Positions 34,628 to 47,641 of a stretch of DNA of 64,000 bases are shown piece by piece. The notes below the pieces were generated by a model. It saw nothing but the letters and a program-made list of their open reading frames with translations. It ran no database searches and was not told where the DNA came from. How positions within the stretch are numbered: the stretch's first letter is position 1; each line of letters opens with the position of its first letter. Source of the stretch: Nemertoderma westbladi (Eukaryota > Animalia > Xenacoelomorpha); assembly GCA_032718475.1 (NCBI GenBank), contig JAUCBJ010007470.1, positions 1-64,000 of the forward strand, in the 5' to 3' direction. Position numbers and translations under genes: made by a program.

Positions 34628-35803
34628 TTACTTCAGCTCCGGAAAATCCTCCTCGACGTTGAACCCAGCTGAGTGCGCGGCGTTGTGAGGCGTGCCACCC
34701 GGTCCCGAGTAGCCACCGCCCCCCGCGCCCCTACCGCGCCCCCTCCCTCGACCACCACGGCCCCCCCGGCTCGGCCCTGCCGGCTCGATGAACTTGAGAT
34801 CGATATCGAGCGTCTGGCGAACCCTTCCGGAGGTCTTGAGACAACGCTCGTAACCAACGGAAAACTCATCGCCTTCTTCCTTCTTCAACAAACTCGTATT
34901 CTTCCACTTCTTCTTGTCTTCGCCCTCCCCAGCGCGACGCAACTTCAGATCTACCGATTTAGACTTATCGGCGTCTTTCGCGTTCAACGCTTTGTATTCG
35001 TCGAGCGTCATGAAATTAACTTCCGGGGTCGCGAGTTGCCCGGAAGCAGCCTGCCTGGCCTCGTCTTCTTCAACCTCATCGGCCCAATCCTTCTTGGGTT
35101 CCTCCTCGACCGGGCCCCCCTGCGCAGGGGGCACCCCCTCGCCGCCCCCGGGGGCCTCCACCGCCTCCGTGTCCCGCACCGGGTCGCCCCAGTTGTAGGC
35201 ACCGCCGCCCTCACGCTTCTCGCTCGCCTTCACCCCGGTACGATCGGAGCCGCTGTGCCGGTCGAACTCGCGTTTACCACCGCGGAATCCGTAGCCCCCG
35301 CGCCCCCCGCCGCCGCGGAAACGGCCCCGCATCCCGCCGCCCCCTTGGCGTCCACCCTCGTCCGGGGCCCCCTGCCCCCCTCCACCACCGTAACCGCCTC
35401 CATACCCACCACCCCGCTCTTCGTCTCGTGGTTCGTGTACATTCTGGGAGTGATTCTCCTGACTACTAGGAGGGGGGCCTCCGTAACCTCCTCCGCGTCG
35501 ACTCCCCCTCCCCCCTCCTCTGGGATGCCCCCCTTCCCGCTTATCATTCCTATCCTCACCAGAATAGTTATCATGAAGTTGACGAGAATCGCTTACAGAC
35601 TGGACTTTCTCCTTGGCAATCTTGTTATCCACTATCACTGCCGGTTTCGCTTTGGGTTTCCTCTCGGTTTTCTGTTGATTAATTTTTCCAACCTTTTCTG
35701 CTTTTGATTTTTGCTTAACGAAACTTAGATCCTCTATAATGCTGTCAGAATCGACATCAAGTAAAATGTCGTACATGTTCTTTGTTCCCACAGCAACTTC
35801 CAT
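34628..35803 (-). CDS. SERBP1: SERBP1/HABP4 (PAI-RBP1/Vig) family RGG RNA-binding protein
   Basis: GKREFDRHSGSDRTGVK..KREGGGAYNWG, MTLDEYK, RGG boxes, C-terminal EDFPEL. Confidence 0.92.
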   Translation of the reverse strand: MEVAVGTKNMYDILLDVDSDSIIEDLSFVKQKSKAEKVGKINQQKTERKPKAKPAVIVDNKIAKEKVQSVSDSRQLHDNYSGEDRNDKREGGHPRGGGRGSRRGGGYGGPPPSSQENHSQNVHEPRDEERGGGYGGGYGGGGGQGAPDEGGRQGGGGMRGRFRGGGGRGGYGFRGGKREFDRHSGSDRTGVKASEKREGGGAYNWGDPVRDTEAVEAPGGGEGVPPAQGGPVEEEPKKDWADEVEEDEARQAASGQLATPEVNFMTLDEYKALNAKDADKSKSVDLKLRRAGEGEDKKKWKNTSLLKKEEGDEFSVGYERCLKTSGRVRQTLDIDLKFIEPAGPSRGGRGGRGRGRGRGAGGGGYSGPGGTPHNAAHSAGFNVEEDFPELK

Positions 35804-36340
35804 TATGATGTTTTGGATGTAACTATTTCTTGAATGTCTGAATGTTAAACCAAAGGCACATTAGCTCATTCATAAATTCACCATCATGAATGATCGCAAA
35901 CAAACAGGTATATATCATAAATTTAATAAATCTGTCAATAATCGATATTTCGGATTGTTTTCAATTTCAATGAATTATTTCGGTTTATTGGGATGTAGCA
36001 ACTCCAAATATTGTTAAGAGTGTATATACAGTATTTGTTTGTATATCGAACAGTGGACCAAAATGTTTTATAGTTTCCCCCCGCACTTTACTGCTTTAAT
36101 TATTGATATAAACTCAACAAATATAACAAATAAAAATAAATATAAATTTAAATCTTTAGCAAAAGAGGTAAGATGAAAGTTAATCAGGTTGACCAGTATT
36201 CAGGTATTGTAATGCAGAAATGTCTTCTGGATAGAAATAAATTATACCGTAGGCCCTACCGCTAATAATAAATTATTTACATACCGGTACCGGTACTTGT
36301 GTGAAGCTGAAGAGATTCACTACGTGCCGGTGCCGGCAGA

Positions 36341-36447
36341 CGGAGACCGGACAATTGCGACCCGGCAGCCCGGATAATTGCGACCCGGACAATTGCGACC
36401 CGGACAATTGCGACCCGGACAATTGAGACCAGGACAATTGCGACCCA
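36341..36447. repeat. 15-bp subterminal tandem repeats of a MITE family
   Basis: cccggacaattgcga about x6; same motif at 28387-28425 and 29863-29940. Confidence 0.75.
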
Positions 36448-37217
36448 TAATTTTTACTTAAAGGTAAATAGCCAATAGGGCTGATCAGGTTGCCATGTTA
36501 CGTATCAGGATCATCATATGACAGAGCAGTAGGCCTTCAGGCATACCGATTTGCAGCCAATGCAGCAAAGGCATGTTAAAAATGCGATATACAGTAGGAT
36601 GAAGGATGGCGGGTATGAAATGAGATGTCTTATTTATGAGATGTCTTACATTTTATATGGCTTATGTACAATGTTAATAAAAAACTTCAACTTCAAAGTT
36701 CTGTGATTGCCCCAGCAAAGATGGATAGTTTCAGATGTAAACAACTTTCGCAGATGTAGTTGGTGTTGAAACATTAATCATTTATTAACCGTTTAACGCC
36801 CACCCCTACTGCCTACTTCCCCATGTCAAAAATGTTTCATATTTTGGAAACTAACTCAAAATGGCCCAATAAAAAAACTTTACTTTTACACTTTTGCAAA
36901 AAAAGTGTTTGTTCAGAAGTTACAGCTATGTTCTATTTAAGGTGTGTTGGGCATTAGAGCACATATTTTTTCTAAATTTTTTGGAAAGGCATTCTCCACC
37001 TTTTCTATACTTTATAACACAAACTTTATAAGTTCTTACATAAATTATATCGGACCCCATTGATTGTTCAGAATCTACTGCAGTTAGTTAGACTATTCAG
37101 CTACAGTATGGATAAGCAGGTCATCGGCTTACTGATATAAACTAACTGGAAAAAAGTTACTGTTGTTAAGATAGGTTTTATCAGATGATGTATACCGGGA
37201 TGTTCTGTCAGATTTAT

Positions 37218-37312
37218 CTTTCGGTTTATTTAGTATAGTAGATTACTTTCGGTTTATTTAGTATAGTAGATTACTTTCGGTTTATTTAGTATAGTAGATT
37301 ACTTTCGGTTTA
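37218..37312. repeat. 28-bp tandem repeat x3
   Basis: ctttcggtttatttagtatagtagatta. Confidence 0.85.
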
Positions 37313-37589
37313 TCGAGTTCCGTTTATAGGCCTATAGGTATAGTACAGTATATAATGCGTAATGCCTTACCTCTAGAGTGGACTACTCGTGCAATGTACA
37401 CATACTTCATCGACTAGATGGCCTACACGTATGTACACATACTAGCATAGACTAGAGTGGACCTACACGTGCAATGTACACATACTACATAGACTAGGCC
37501 TATCAAGTTATTGACTATTGTATCAAGAAGTACATTGTGCACAAAAGTACTGCTGTTCCGATATACTGATGCTGATCCTTATACTGTTA

Positions 37590-38200
37590 TGGGACGGATC
37601 AATAAAGGTCCGTGCCATAATTGCATGCCTGCCAGACCTGCAGGACTCACAGATAGAAACTGCTCTCCTCCGCTCTTGCTTGCCCAAAGGTCGTCTTTGC
37701 CCTGCGCTGTTGCCCACCATCTCTGGTAGTGCAGTATTCTTTGGAATTCGACCACATCATGCGTGACTCCTTGTCTGACCTGGTCGGAGGTTCACTCAAC
37801 GACTGGTCATACAACAAGGCATGCCTTCCAACCGCTATGGGAGGTCTAGGCCTGCGCAAGGCAACTGACCATGCACCAGCTGCATATGTAGACTCCGTTT
37901 GCCAGGCTGGACCCCTTGTTTCTCTCATCCTTGGCCACCAACCAGCCAAACCACACCTAGATCCTGCCCTATCCTCCCTGTCCACATCAGCAGAGGAGCA
38001 CAAGAGGACATCAACCTCCGCTCTTCCTGTCTCCACCACCCAGCAAACCTGGACATGCCCTCACTGAGGCCGGGAGCGTAAGATCATGGCCCACGCCGAG
38101 GAGTGTCACAGCTCCGGGGTCGGGTTCACACCATTCGTTTCTGCTGTCTCTTCGTTTGTCCTTTCTTATGTATATAATCTTATTAATTAATAAAAAATAT
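37590..38200 (+). mobile_element. Internally deleted CRE-clade LINE fragment
   Basis: LPDLQDSQIETALLRSC, LPTAMGGLGLRKATDHAPAAY, RKIMAHAEEC..FTPFV. Confidence 0.75.
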
Positions 38201-39272
38201 TGTTACATTGAAAAAAAAAATAGTAATACAAACTAGCTAAAAAAATATACTGATCTACACTGTGTTCTGATGTACCTAGGCCTTGACTGTACCTACAGTA
38301 TAGACCTATGCAATGTACTGTACAGTACACTCGACAATCGAGTTATGTTCTTCACATTTCCACTGGTCATTTGGACAACTTGTAGACATTTTTTCAAAGT
38401 TGATCAAAATCAGGCCAAGAAAATGCAATTTATTCGAGTCATTCGAATGTGGACTGTATGACAGCTAAACGACGTAAAATGATGCGTAATAGCAATATAA
38501 TTGTACAGTAAATATAAGTGTTAGTATATATGAAGCAATTTCCAAAAAATGTAAAAAAAAATGTGTTTGAAGTCCCAACGCACCTTAAATGGAACATTTC
38601 ACTTTGCTGCTGTATTAAACATTGTTAAATAAAAATTTGAAAGCTAAAACTGATAAAAATGATTAATATAGCATTCAGGCCAACAGGAAAGCTAATTTTC
38701 GAAAATTTTTGACCACCCCACATCTCATAATTTTAAGATTCAAAAAGACACCTAAATTTTTCAAAAATTGCACTTTTAAACAGGCAATTTCCAGTTTTTA
38801 AATTGATAAAATTTGGTCAAGTAATGTGTCATTATGTGAGAAAACATGTAATTTACTCATATCAAAAAAAAATCTCGTTTTTTTCAAAGCAGCAGCCACC
38901 CATGTCTCTCCATATACCATGTTCCATTTAAGGTGCAATGGGCGTTAAACGGTTAAAAACAATACAGCCCTTCTGCCTTTTTGCTGCAATATTCTGATAT
39001 TGTAGTATCTTTCTTGTTAATAGTTTATTAATAGTTAAAGTTAATTATTTTAATTATAATTAATATTATTAAATAATGATACTGTGCTTATTAGTATATT
39101 ATATTTAAAATATTTATTGTTGGTTTGTTACGCTAAAGGGAAGGCAGGAAGAGGTACAGTACCGGTACCTCTGTACAGTACTGTTACTGCCGAATATGGC
39201 GAAACACTTTAACATTCCCCATATTGCCCTGATTGCCAGCTGATACAGTGGAGTTTATTAGGCCTATACTAG

Positions 39273-42200
39273 CAGTCGGTGAGAAGTCAAAAATTGGACT
39301 TCAAGTCCAATTTTAGACTTCAAGTCCAATTTTGGACTCCAAAGTCCAATATTGGACTTTAGTACAACTCCAAGTGTACCCATGCTGGCATACTGTATAT
39401 CGGTATTTAAATCAAAACTGCATCCCGCATCAGTACATATATATTACATAATTACAATGCAACATTATTTTAATGATCAAATTAATTATTATATGTATTA
39501 CCGGTATAAACAGGGATCGCACACGTACAGCTGTACAGTCAGACATCAGTAGTTACTTTTTGCGGTAGTGGTATAGCTTCGCGGTAGCCTTACTGCCTTA
39601 GCGGTGTATACCGCGGTAGCGTAGTTGAGTTATAGCTGTATTGTTCATTCATACCCATACTGCCATACCTGTCTGCCTGTGGTATTTTCGTATGGCAAAA
39701 ATAAGACTACTGTAAACTGTAACCTATTATGTTATTGAGTTAATGTTTATTGACTAATTGTTTTGATTAGGTTCACTGTGTCAAGTACAAGTACAATGCA
39801 CACATCTCTGCATCTCCAACCAGACACTATATAACATTGGAGTTGGAGGTGTCTCATTCAGTCATTGGTTCCCCCAAGCTTGACACTAGAACAACGCCGC
39901 CTCCGCTTTGCAGGACATCGCTTTAAGCCGTGAGGACCAGTCAGTGCACCTCATGGAGTGAATAAGCATGGTGGACAGCCCATGACTTTCTTGAGAGGCA
40001 TCTTTCTTACTGTCTTAAAGGACACTGGCCTTGAAGATGCGGATGATCTAGCAAATGTCATGGGTGATAAGATAAGGTGTAAGGCTGTAAGTGTGTAAGG
40101 GAGTTGTGGAGGCGCACTTTTGTCAACAAGCCGGCACAGCATTCTTAATACATAATAGGGCCTATATATAATGCACCTGCAATGAATCATGCCGATTGTA
40201 GTAGTAGTATGTGGTGAGGTTATAGGGCTCCTTCAATTGGTAAAGTCAAAAGTGGCCGTTTATTGTTTTAGTTAGAAAAGCCTGCCTCTGTAACCTGTTC
40301 CTTTCCCTCAATTGGTTTATGATTATGACGTGTGTTACTTGTTACTTCTGTACTTATTATGTGGAGACCCCAACACGTTAATCAGTTACTAATCCCATTT
40401 CATTATCCTGTTATCCAGCCGTTTTATAATACCCCTTCCTATTGTATTGAAAAATTCGAAGCGATGGTGGTAGCATCAACTTGTAGTATTTCTTTCTGAT
40501 AGGGCTCCCATTGCCTTAGACGAAATCGTAGCTTGTACTGTAGTTAGCCTTAGCAGCAGCTGCAGTTGGCTAACCTGGCATTGCTACCAGTATACAAATA
40601 TATAATTACATAATATAATATAATATAATATATAATATAATAATTACAAATATAATTTGTAATTAAATATTTGTTGGAGCATAATCTAATCTAGTCCTAA
40701 AGACACTATAAAGTCCTGGGTACATAAGGCTGTAAGGTTAGACATAACATGAATGTAAATTGTAAACTAAACAATATGCTAAAAGTAAAGTACAAAGTAC
40801 CTAGAATGCTAGAATGTACGATTATATTCTAAGTACAGTACAGTCATTACACTGCAGGCAGATACATACAGAGCTGCAAAGGTAACTTTCCATAACTTAA
40901 CAGCTGTCTGGCTGTCTCTCATCTGTCATGCTTCATGTACCTTTAAGTTCGATTCTCAATGTCACGTCCAAAATTGGACTTAAAGTCCAATATTGGACTT
41001 TTGTAAAAATTCAAAGCCTTATAAAAAAAGTCCCCCTGGTGAATTTCAGGTCCCCCTGTTCAAAACTCTTATTTTTTGATATATTTTCGATTAAAGAAAA
41101 AAAATCCCGCCCGATCCAATTACCCAAGGCCCTGGAACAATTGGCAGATTTGAAGTCCAATATTGGACTCACAGAAGTCCAATTTTGGACTTGAACTGGA
41201 GTCGAAGTCCAATTTTGGACTCAAGTCCAATTTTAGACTTCAAGTCCAATTTTGGACTCCAAAGTCCAATATTGGACTTTAGTACAACTCCAAGTGTACC
41301 CATGCTGCCATAATGTATATCGGTTATTTAAATCAAAACTGCATCCCATATAGGCCTATATTACATAATTACAATGCAACATTATTTTAATGATCAAATT
41401 AATTATTGTAAGTATTATAAGCAGGGATCGCACACGTACAGTCAGACATCAGTAGGCCCCCTAGTTACTTTTTGCAGTAGTGGCTGAGTGGTATGGCTTT
41501 GCGGTAGCCTTACTGCCTTAGCGTTAGCGGTGTATACCGCGGTAGCGGTAGTTGAGTTATAGCTGTATAGTTCATTCATACCCATACCTGTGGTATTTTC
41601 GTATGGCAAAAATAAGACTACTGAAAACTGTAACCTATTATGTAGGCCTAATTGAGTTAATGTTTATTGACTAATTGTTTTGATTAGGTTCACTGTGTCA
41701 AGTACAATATACACATCTCTGCATTTCCAACCAGACACTATATAACATTGGAGTTGGAGGTGTCTCATTCAGTCATTGGTTCCCCCAAGCTTGACACTAG
41801 AACGAAGCCGCCTCCGCTTTGCAGGACATCGCTTTTAAGCCGTGAGGACCAGCCAGTGGCCAGTGCACCTCATGGAGTGAATAAGCATGGTGGACAGCCC
41901 ATGACTTTCTTGAGACGCATCTTTTTTACTGTCTTAAAGGACACTGGCCTTGAAAATGCGGATGATCTAGCAAATGTCATGGGTGATAAGGCTGTAAGAG
42001 TGTAAGGGAGTTGTGGAGGCGCACTTTTGTCAACAAGCCGGCACAGCATTCTTAATACAGTAATAGGGTCTATATATATAATGCTGCTGTAATGCAGCAT
42101 GCCGATTGTAGTAGTAGTATGTGGTGAGGTGATAGGGCTCCTTCAATTGGTAAAGTCAAAAGTGGCCGTTTATTGTTTTAGTTAGAAAAGCCTGCCTCTG

Positions 42201-43105
42201 TAACCTGTTCCTTTCCCTCAATTGGTTTATAATTATGATGTGTGTTACTTCTTACTTCTGTACTTATTATGTGGAGACCCCAACACGTTAATCAGTTACT
42301 AATCCCCTTTCATTATACAGCTGTTTTAAAACACCCTTCCTGTTGTATGGAAAAATTAGAAGAGATGGTGGTAGCATCAACTTGTAGTATTTCTTTCTGA
42401 TAGGGCTCCCATAGGCTTAGACGAAATCATAGCTTGTACTGTAGTTAGCCTTAGCAGCAGCTGTTGTTGGCAAACCTGGCATTGCTACCAGTTTCCACCA
42501 AATATAATTTGTAATTAAATATTTGCAATTTGTTGGAGCATAATCTAATCTAGTCCTAAAGACTCTACTGCTCTAAAATCCTGGGTACATAAGGCTGTAA
42601 GGTTAGACATAACATGAATGTAAACAATATGCTAAAAGTAAAGTACAAAGTACCTAGAATGCTAGAATGTACCATTTAGCCTATATTCTAAGTACAGTAC
42701 ACTGAAGATACATACAGAGCTGCAAAGGTAACTTTCCATAACTTAATAGCTGTCTGGCTGTCTCTCATCTGTCATGCTTTATGTACCTTTAAGTTTGATT
42801 CTCAATGCTCAATGTCACGTCCAAAATTAGACTTAAAGTCCAATATTGGACTTTTGTAAAAATTCAAAGCCTTATAAAAAAAGTTCCCCCTGGTGAATTT
42901 CAGGTCCCCCTGTTCAAAACTCTTATTTTTTGATATATTTTCGATTAAAAAAAAAAAATCCCGCCCGATCCAATTACCCAAGGCCCTGGAACAATTGGCT
43001 GATTTGAAGTCCAATATTGGACTCACAGAAGTCCAATTTTGGACTTGAACTGGAGTCGAAGTCCAATTTTGGACTCAAGTCCAATTTTTGACTTCTCACC
43101 GACTG
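39273..43105. mobile_element. TIR element present as a head-to-tail dimer of two diverged ~1.9-kb units, each carrying an RTE 3' fragment
   Basis: TIR CAGTCGGTGAGAAGTCAAAAATTGGAC, palindromic AAGTCCAATATTGGACTT subterminal repeats, junction near 41200-41240. Confidence 0.85.
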
Positions 43106-43594
43106 TCAGAGATTCCCCATAAACCTCTAAAATATAAGATGTAAGATAGGACTATGAGTTGTCAGTGTCACATCACAATCAATTGAACTATTGAATGAAT
43201 TTTCAAAATTTCTTGCTGGCACCAAATTTTGCACACGGCTGCACGGCACCGAAAAATACAACATTGATGATATGCCTGGTGCAATTCATATATATTCCAA
43301 CGAGACTAGAACGCCTAAAACCCCTAATTGCGGAAAAAACAGCTTCAAATAATCAATTTACAAAATTGAATTATTTCAAAATTTGGGGCTGGCACCAAAA
43401 TTTGGCACCCGCCGCTAAAAACAAGATTAAAATTTCTAGCTAATTTTATATGAATTCCTTTTAGTTATTTTCAGTTAGTCTTTTAGTTAGTAGCGTTAGT
43501 TTCAGAGAGGGGGGGTGGGGGGTGGGGGGGGGGTGGCTGGTGGCGGGTGGGGTGTTATATTGACTGACATGGGCAGAAACTCCAGTCAGCCAGT

Positions 43595-43780
43595 ACGCAT
43601 TTAGCTACCATTTAAGGATGCAATAAGCTGATAAGGCAGAGATGCCTAGCAAAACCCTTCAAAGCATTCGTGACGAAACGAAAACTACCTTCAGACCTTG
43701 GCGCTTGGCCCCCATGCCGGGGTTGAACCCACAACCTCCGTGAGATGTGAATTCAATATAACCACTACACCAAGGTGGGC
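43595..43780 (-). mobile_element. tRNA-derived SINE or tRNA pseudogene (tRNA-like head 43708-43780)
   Basis: A box TGGTGTAGTGG, B box GGTTCAACCCC, imperfect cloverleaf with CAC in the anticodon-loop position. Confidence 0.65.
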
Positions 43781-45202
43781 TCTGACAGTCTGAACCAAGG
43801 TTGAAGGTCAGAAGGTGGAACAAGTGTCAGAGTTAGTGCTTGTTTTTAACTGACTGACTGATTTAATGTCAAATAAAAAAATTCCAATTCCAATTCCAGA
43901 TACCGTCAGACAGTCAGATCAGATCAGATAAGGACAGACGTTTTAGCCATCCTACAGCCTGACAGCACTACGGGACGGCACTGCTACGAGCAGACGAGAA
44001 GACTGGACTACCAGACATGCAGACATGTAACCAGCGAGTTTCATACAGTAGTCCTACCGGTACTGGCTCTGGCTACTGCTGACTGCAGTACCTAGGCTAG
44101 AAAAAAAATCAATGGCCGTGAAGGTAGGCCTACCCCAAAATGCATAGGGCCTATTCCCTACAAATGGAATAGGCCTACCAGCCTGCAGCCTACCATTAAT
44201 GCATGTAATGGGTAGGCCTACAGCTGTACAGGCAGACAGGGTAACAAACAACTCCATATTTCAGTATTTCCAACAGTCCAAACCTACCTGCCTACCTACG
44301 CCAAACTGCCAAACTACCAAAAGTCTGATAGGCCCTAGTTGAATTAAAAAAAGTTGAAATTTAATTAAACCCTTCTCCAAAAGTTGAATTTTAATAATCT
44401 CAATCCAGCAATCCTGCATTCAGGCATTCCACATTCTAATGTTCCGATGTACCTCGTTCCGCTAGTAGAGTCAGAGAGTCAAGCTGTCTGATAGTAGGTA
44501 CCGGTACCATGGTCTGATGGTACCGGTAGTGATAATAGGCAGTACAGCAGTATCTGGTATCTTACTGCATGTCTTAGCCAGATCGTCTGACAGTGCTGCA
44601 GTCAGGCAGTGTACCGGCATATACAGGCATACTGGTATAGGCAGGGTATTGCTTATCAATATAGCGTATGTGTTTTTTTTACATACGCGTATGCGTATGT
44701 CTGTATTGTACGTACGTGTACGTATGCCAAATTAATTAGCAATCCACATACGCATACGATATAAAACACATACGCATTTGTGTTTTAAGCAGGCCTAAAG
44801 CCGGAGAGGAAGATCAACGATTTCAGCTATCAAGTTTCTTCATAAATATGTAACTGACTCGCTGAAAACTCCGGGTGGGAAGATACATTGCGTGTTCGTC
44901 GATTTCAGTAAAGCTTTTGATACCGTAGACCGCACCAAACTATTCTTCAAGCTATCTCACCTTGGAGTCAGCCGACATTTCATTCATGCGATATGGTCTA
45001 TATTAGCTGTGAACTTTATTCGATTGAGCATTGGCTTGTACCTAAAGAGCCAATCAGCCAAATGATCGGAGTCCTACAAGGTCATAAATTATCGCCTCTC
45101 CTATTTAGCCTCTTCATCGCTGATCTCCCGGCAGCTATAGCCGTCACTGCAGTGTTTCTTCTATTGTACGCTGATGATTTGGTTATATATGGTAACTCAC
45201 TA

Positions 45203-47117
45203 CCCAGTAAAAAATCCGCATGCGTAACGCATTCGTGCCACATGCAGCATTCGTAAAAGGTGCGTGCAATGTTATTTAAGATTCGTGAAGCCTTCGTCAA
45301 TGGTTCGTCAGTCCGAATAATTTAACGAATGCGTATAGTATTCGTATCGCATGTGAGATTTCACTTGTAAATATATTCGTGGCTCATCATTCGTGGCACA
45401 TGCGATACGAATGCTTCCACTCCACTCAAAAATAATTCGTGGTTCATTCGTTCGTGCCACATGCGATACGAATGCTTCCACTCCACTCAAAAATAATTCG
45501 TGGTTCATTCGTTCGTGCCACATGCGATACGAATGCTTAGCCACGCCACTCTTAAAATTGTTCGTGGTCCATTCGTGACGCATGCGATACGCATGCAAAG
45601 CACTCTCAATTAGAGTACCGTACAGACTGTAATACTGGCCAATCACCATTCGGCAAATAATCGAACATAGTGTTATTAGTTAGTAGCTCTCTCCCCCTTT
45701 GTTACCAGTCAGCCAGTCCCATGTACTTTTACTATATATTTATTTAATGGGTTGCCCAGTAATTCTTAACTCCCGTTTATTATTTTTGGTTCCCCATTAT
45801 TTTGGTATGTAAACCTGTTCCCTTTACCAACATGCTTGATATACTGTAATAATGTAAAGGTTATGTACTGTAGGCTAGGTGAGATAAATAATGACAACAT
45901 AAAACTACTGTATTAACTTAAGGAACTACAGTATGTAGGCATACTTATAGTATGTAGGCATCCCCCCTCCCCCCCCACCCGTAGTTTTAGCCCCTGTACA
46001 GTAGTACTCATTTCCCAAAGTTATTACAGTAGTTTTATGTTGTCATTATTTATCTCACCTGGCCTACAGTACAGTACCAATACATATTATAAAGCATGTG
46101 GAATTTTTATTAAATTGTACGTGTGTACGGTGATATTCTCACACAGTTTCTTAGGCCTCCAGGTCGAATTTGTTTAATTCGCTATAAAACGCCATTAAAA
46201 AGTCTACTGATATACTGTAGCAGTTAATTACCGGTAACTGCTACAGTAGGCCCTACACTTATTAATGGTAAAAAAATCTTACAGACAAAATACATCAAAG
46301 GCATACATTTTATGAGATGCATCAACATAATTTCAATGTTTTTTTTTACTATATTCTAGAATTTTAATTCGCTTTTTTTGGATAATAAGTAATAAAATAT
46401 ATATACTGTATAATAATAATACAAATATATATAATAATAAAATAATATAATATAATAATAGAATAATATAATATAATAATAAAATAATATAATATAATAA
46501 TATAATAATAAAATATCATAAAAATAATAAACTATCAATAATAATTAATAAGATTAATTAAAAGCTTGACATTAATATTCTAGATAATAGAATCATCAGA
46601 ACTATAACGATTTACGTCTGAAATTGCGTGCTCTTGAATTACATCTGAACATTTTTTTTGGGGAAATTGAAAATGGCTTTCATATTCGATTCGGAATATT
46701 AAGTATATTCAAAAAAATAAAATAAAATTGACACGTTTTAACAGTTGTAAACTGTTAAAACTATGTAAACTGTAGCGAAATAATAAAAAAAATAAAAATC
46801 CTGCGGTAAACATTCGTATAACACTAGTAAAACATTCGTAACGCATTCGTATAGCGTGGGAAACATTCGTATATAACATGCGGGACGCATTCGTATAGTG
46901 TGCGGGAAACATTCGTATAAGATTAGGGGCGCATTCGTAGAATGTGCGGGATTCGAATAAGGTTCGTATTACATTCGATATGCGAATAAAGGATGCGTAT
47001 TTGGTTCGGTTTTCGCATTCGTATCGCATGGTTCATCTATGTAACATTTCAGAATGCGTTACGAATGCGTGAAATATGCGCCATCCCATGCGTTACGAAT
47101 GCGGATTTTTTACTGGG
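45203..47117. mobile_element. Non-autonomous CMC/EnSpm-like element
   Basis: TA|CCCAGTAAAAAATCCGCAT...ATGCGGATTTTTTACTGGG|TA, with cattcgt subterminal repeats. Confidence 0.85.
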
Positions 47118-47457
47118 TAAGTTCAGTTCAGGAATCGCTTATCAAATTAGAAGCTTTTTGTGCGCTTAATAGTCTAATAGTGAACCTAAAAAAGACAAAA
47201 GTATTAAAGTTCCGTCGAGGAGGCCGACTCGCGCGCAATGATAAGATGGTCTATAATAACAAAGAACTTGAGTTTGTAAACAACTTCTGTTATTTCGGTG
47301 TTGCCCTGACAACCAAAAACACTCCTTCTGGTCACTACTCACACCTTTACTCCAAGGGTATCGCCTCCAGCCTGCGACTCGCCGCAACTGTCGACCTGCT
47401 AGCAATATCTTTGGAATCTGCACACAAGTTGTGGGAATGTGTAATCTTTCCAGCGTG

Positions 47458-47641
47458 CGGCTGTATCCACTTACGGCTGTATCCACTAACGGCTGTATCC
47501 ACTTACGGCTGTATCCACTAACGGCTGTATCCACTTACGGCTGTATCCACTTACGGCTGTATCCACTAACGGCTGTATCCACTTACGGCTGTATCCACTT
47601 ACGGCTGTATCCACTTACGGCTGTATCCACTTACGGCTGTA
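47458..47641. repeat. 16-bp minisatellite, about 11 copies, amplified from LINE coding sequence
   Basis: cggctgtatccactta. Confidence 0.9.

Larger units (their letters stand above)
36789..38952. mobile_element. Non-autonomous piggyBac-like element
   Basis: TTAA|CCGTTTAACGCCCA...TGGGCGTTAAACGG|TTAA. Confidence 0.8.

Noticed and set aside
34673-35707. 344-aa + strand ORF
   Set aside because: Antisense shadow of the GC-rich SERBP1 CDS.
43708-43780. Functional tRNA-Val gene
   Set aside because: Mismatched acceptor and anticodon stems; more consistent with a SINE head or pseudogene.
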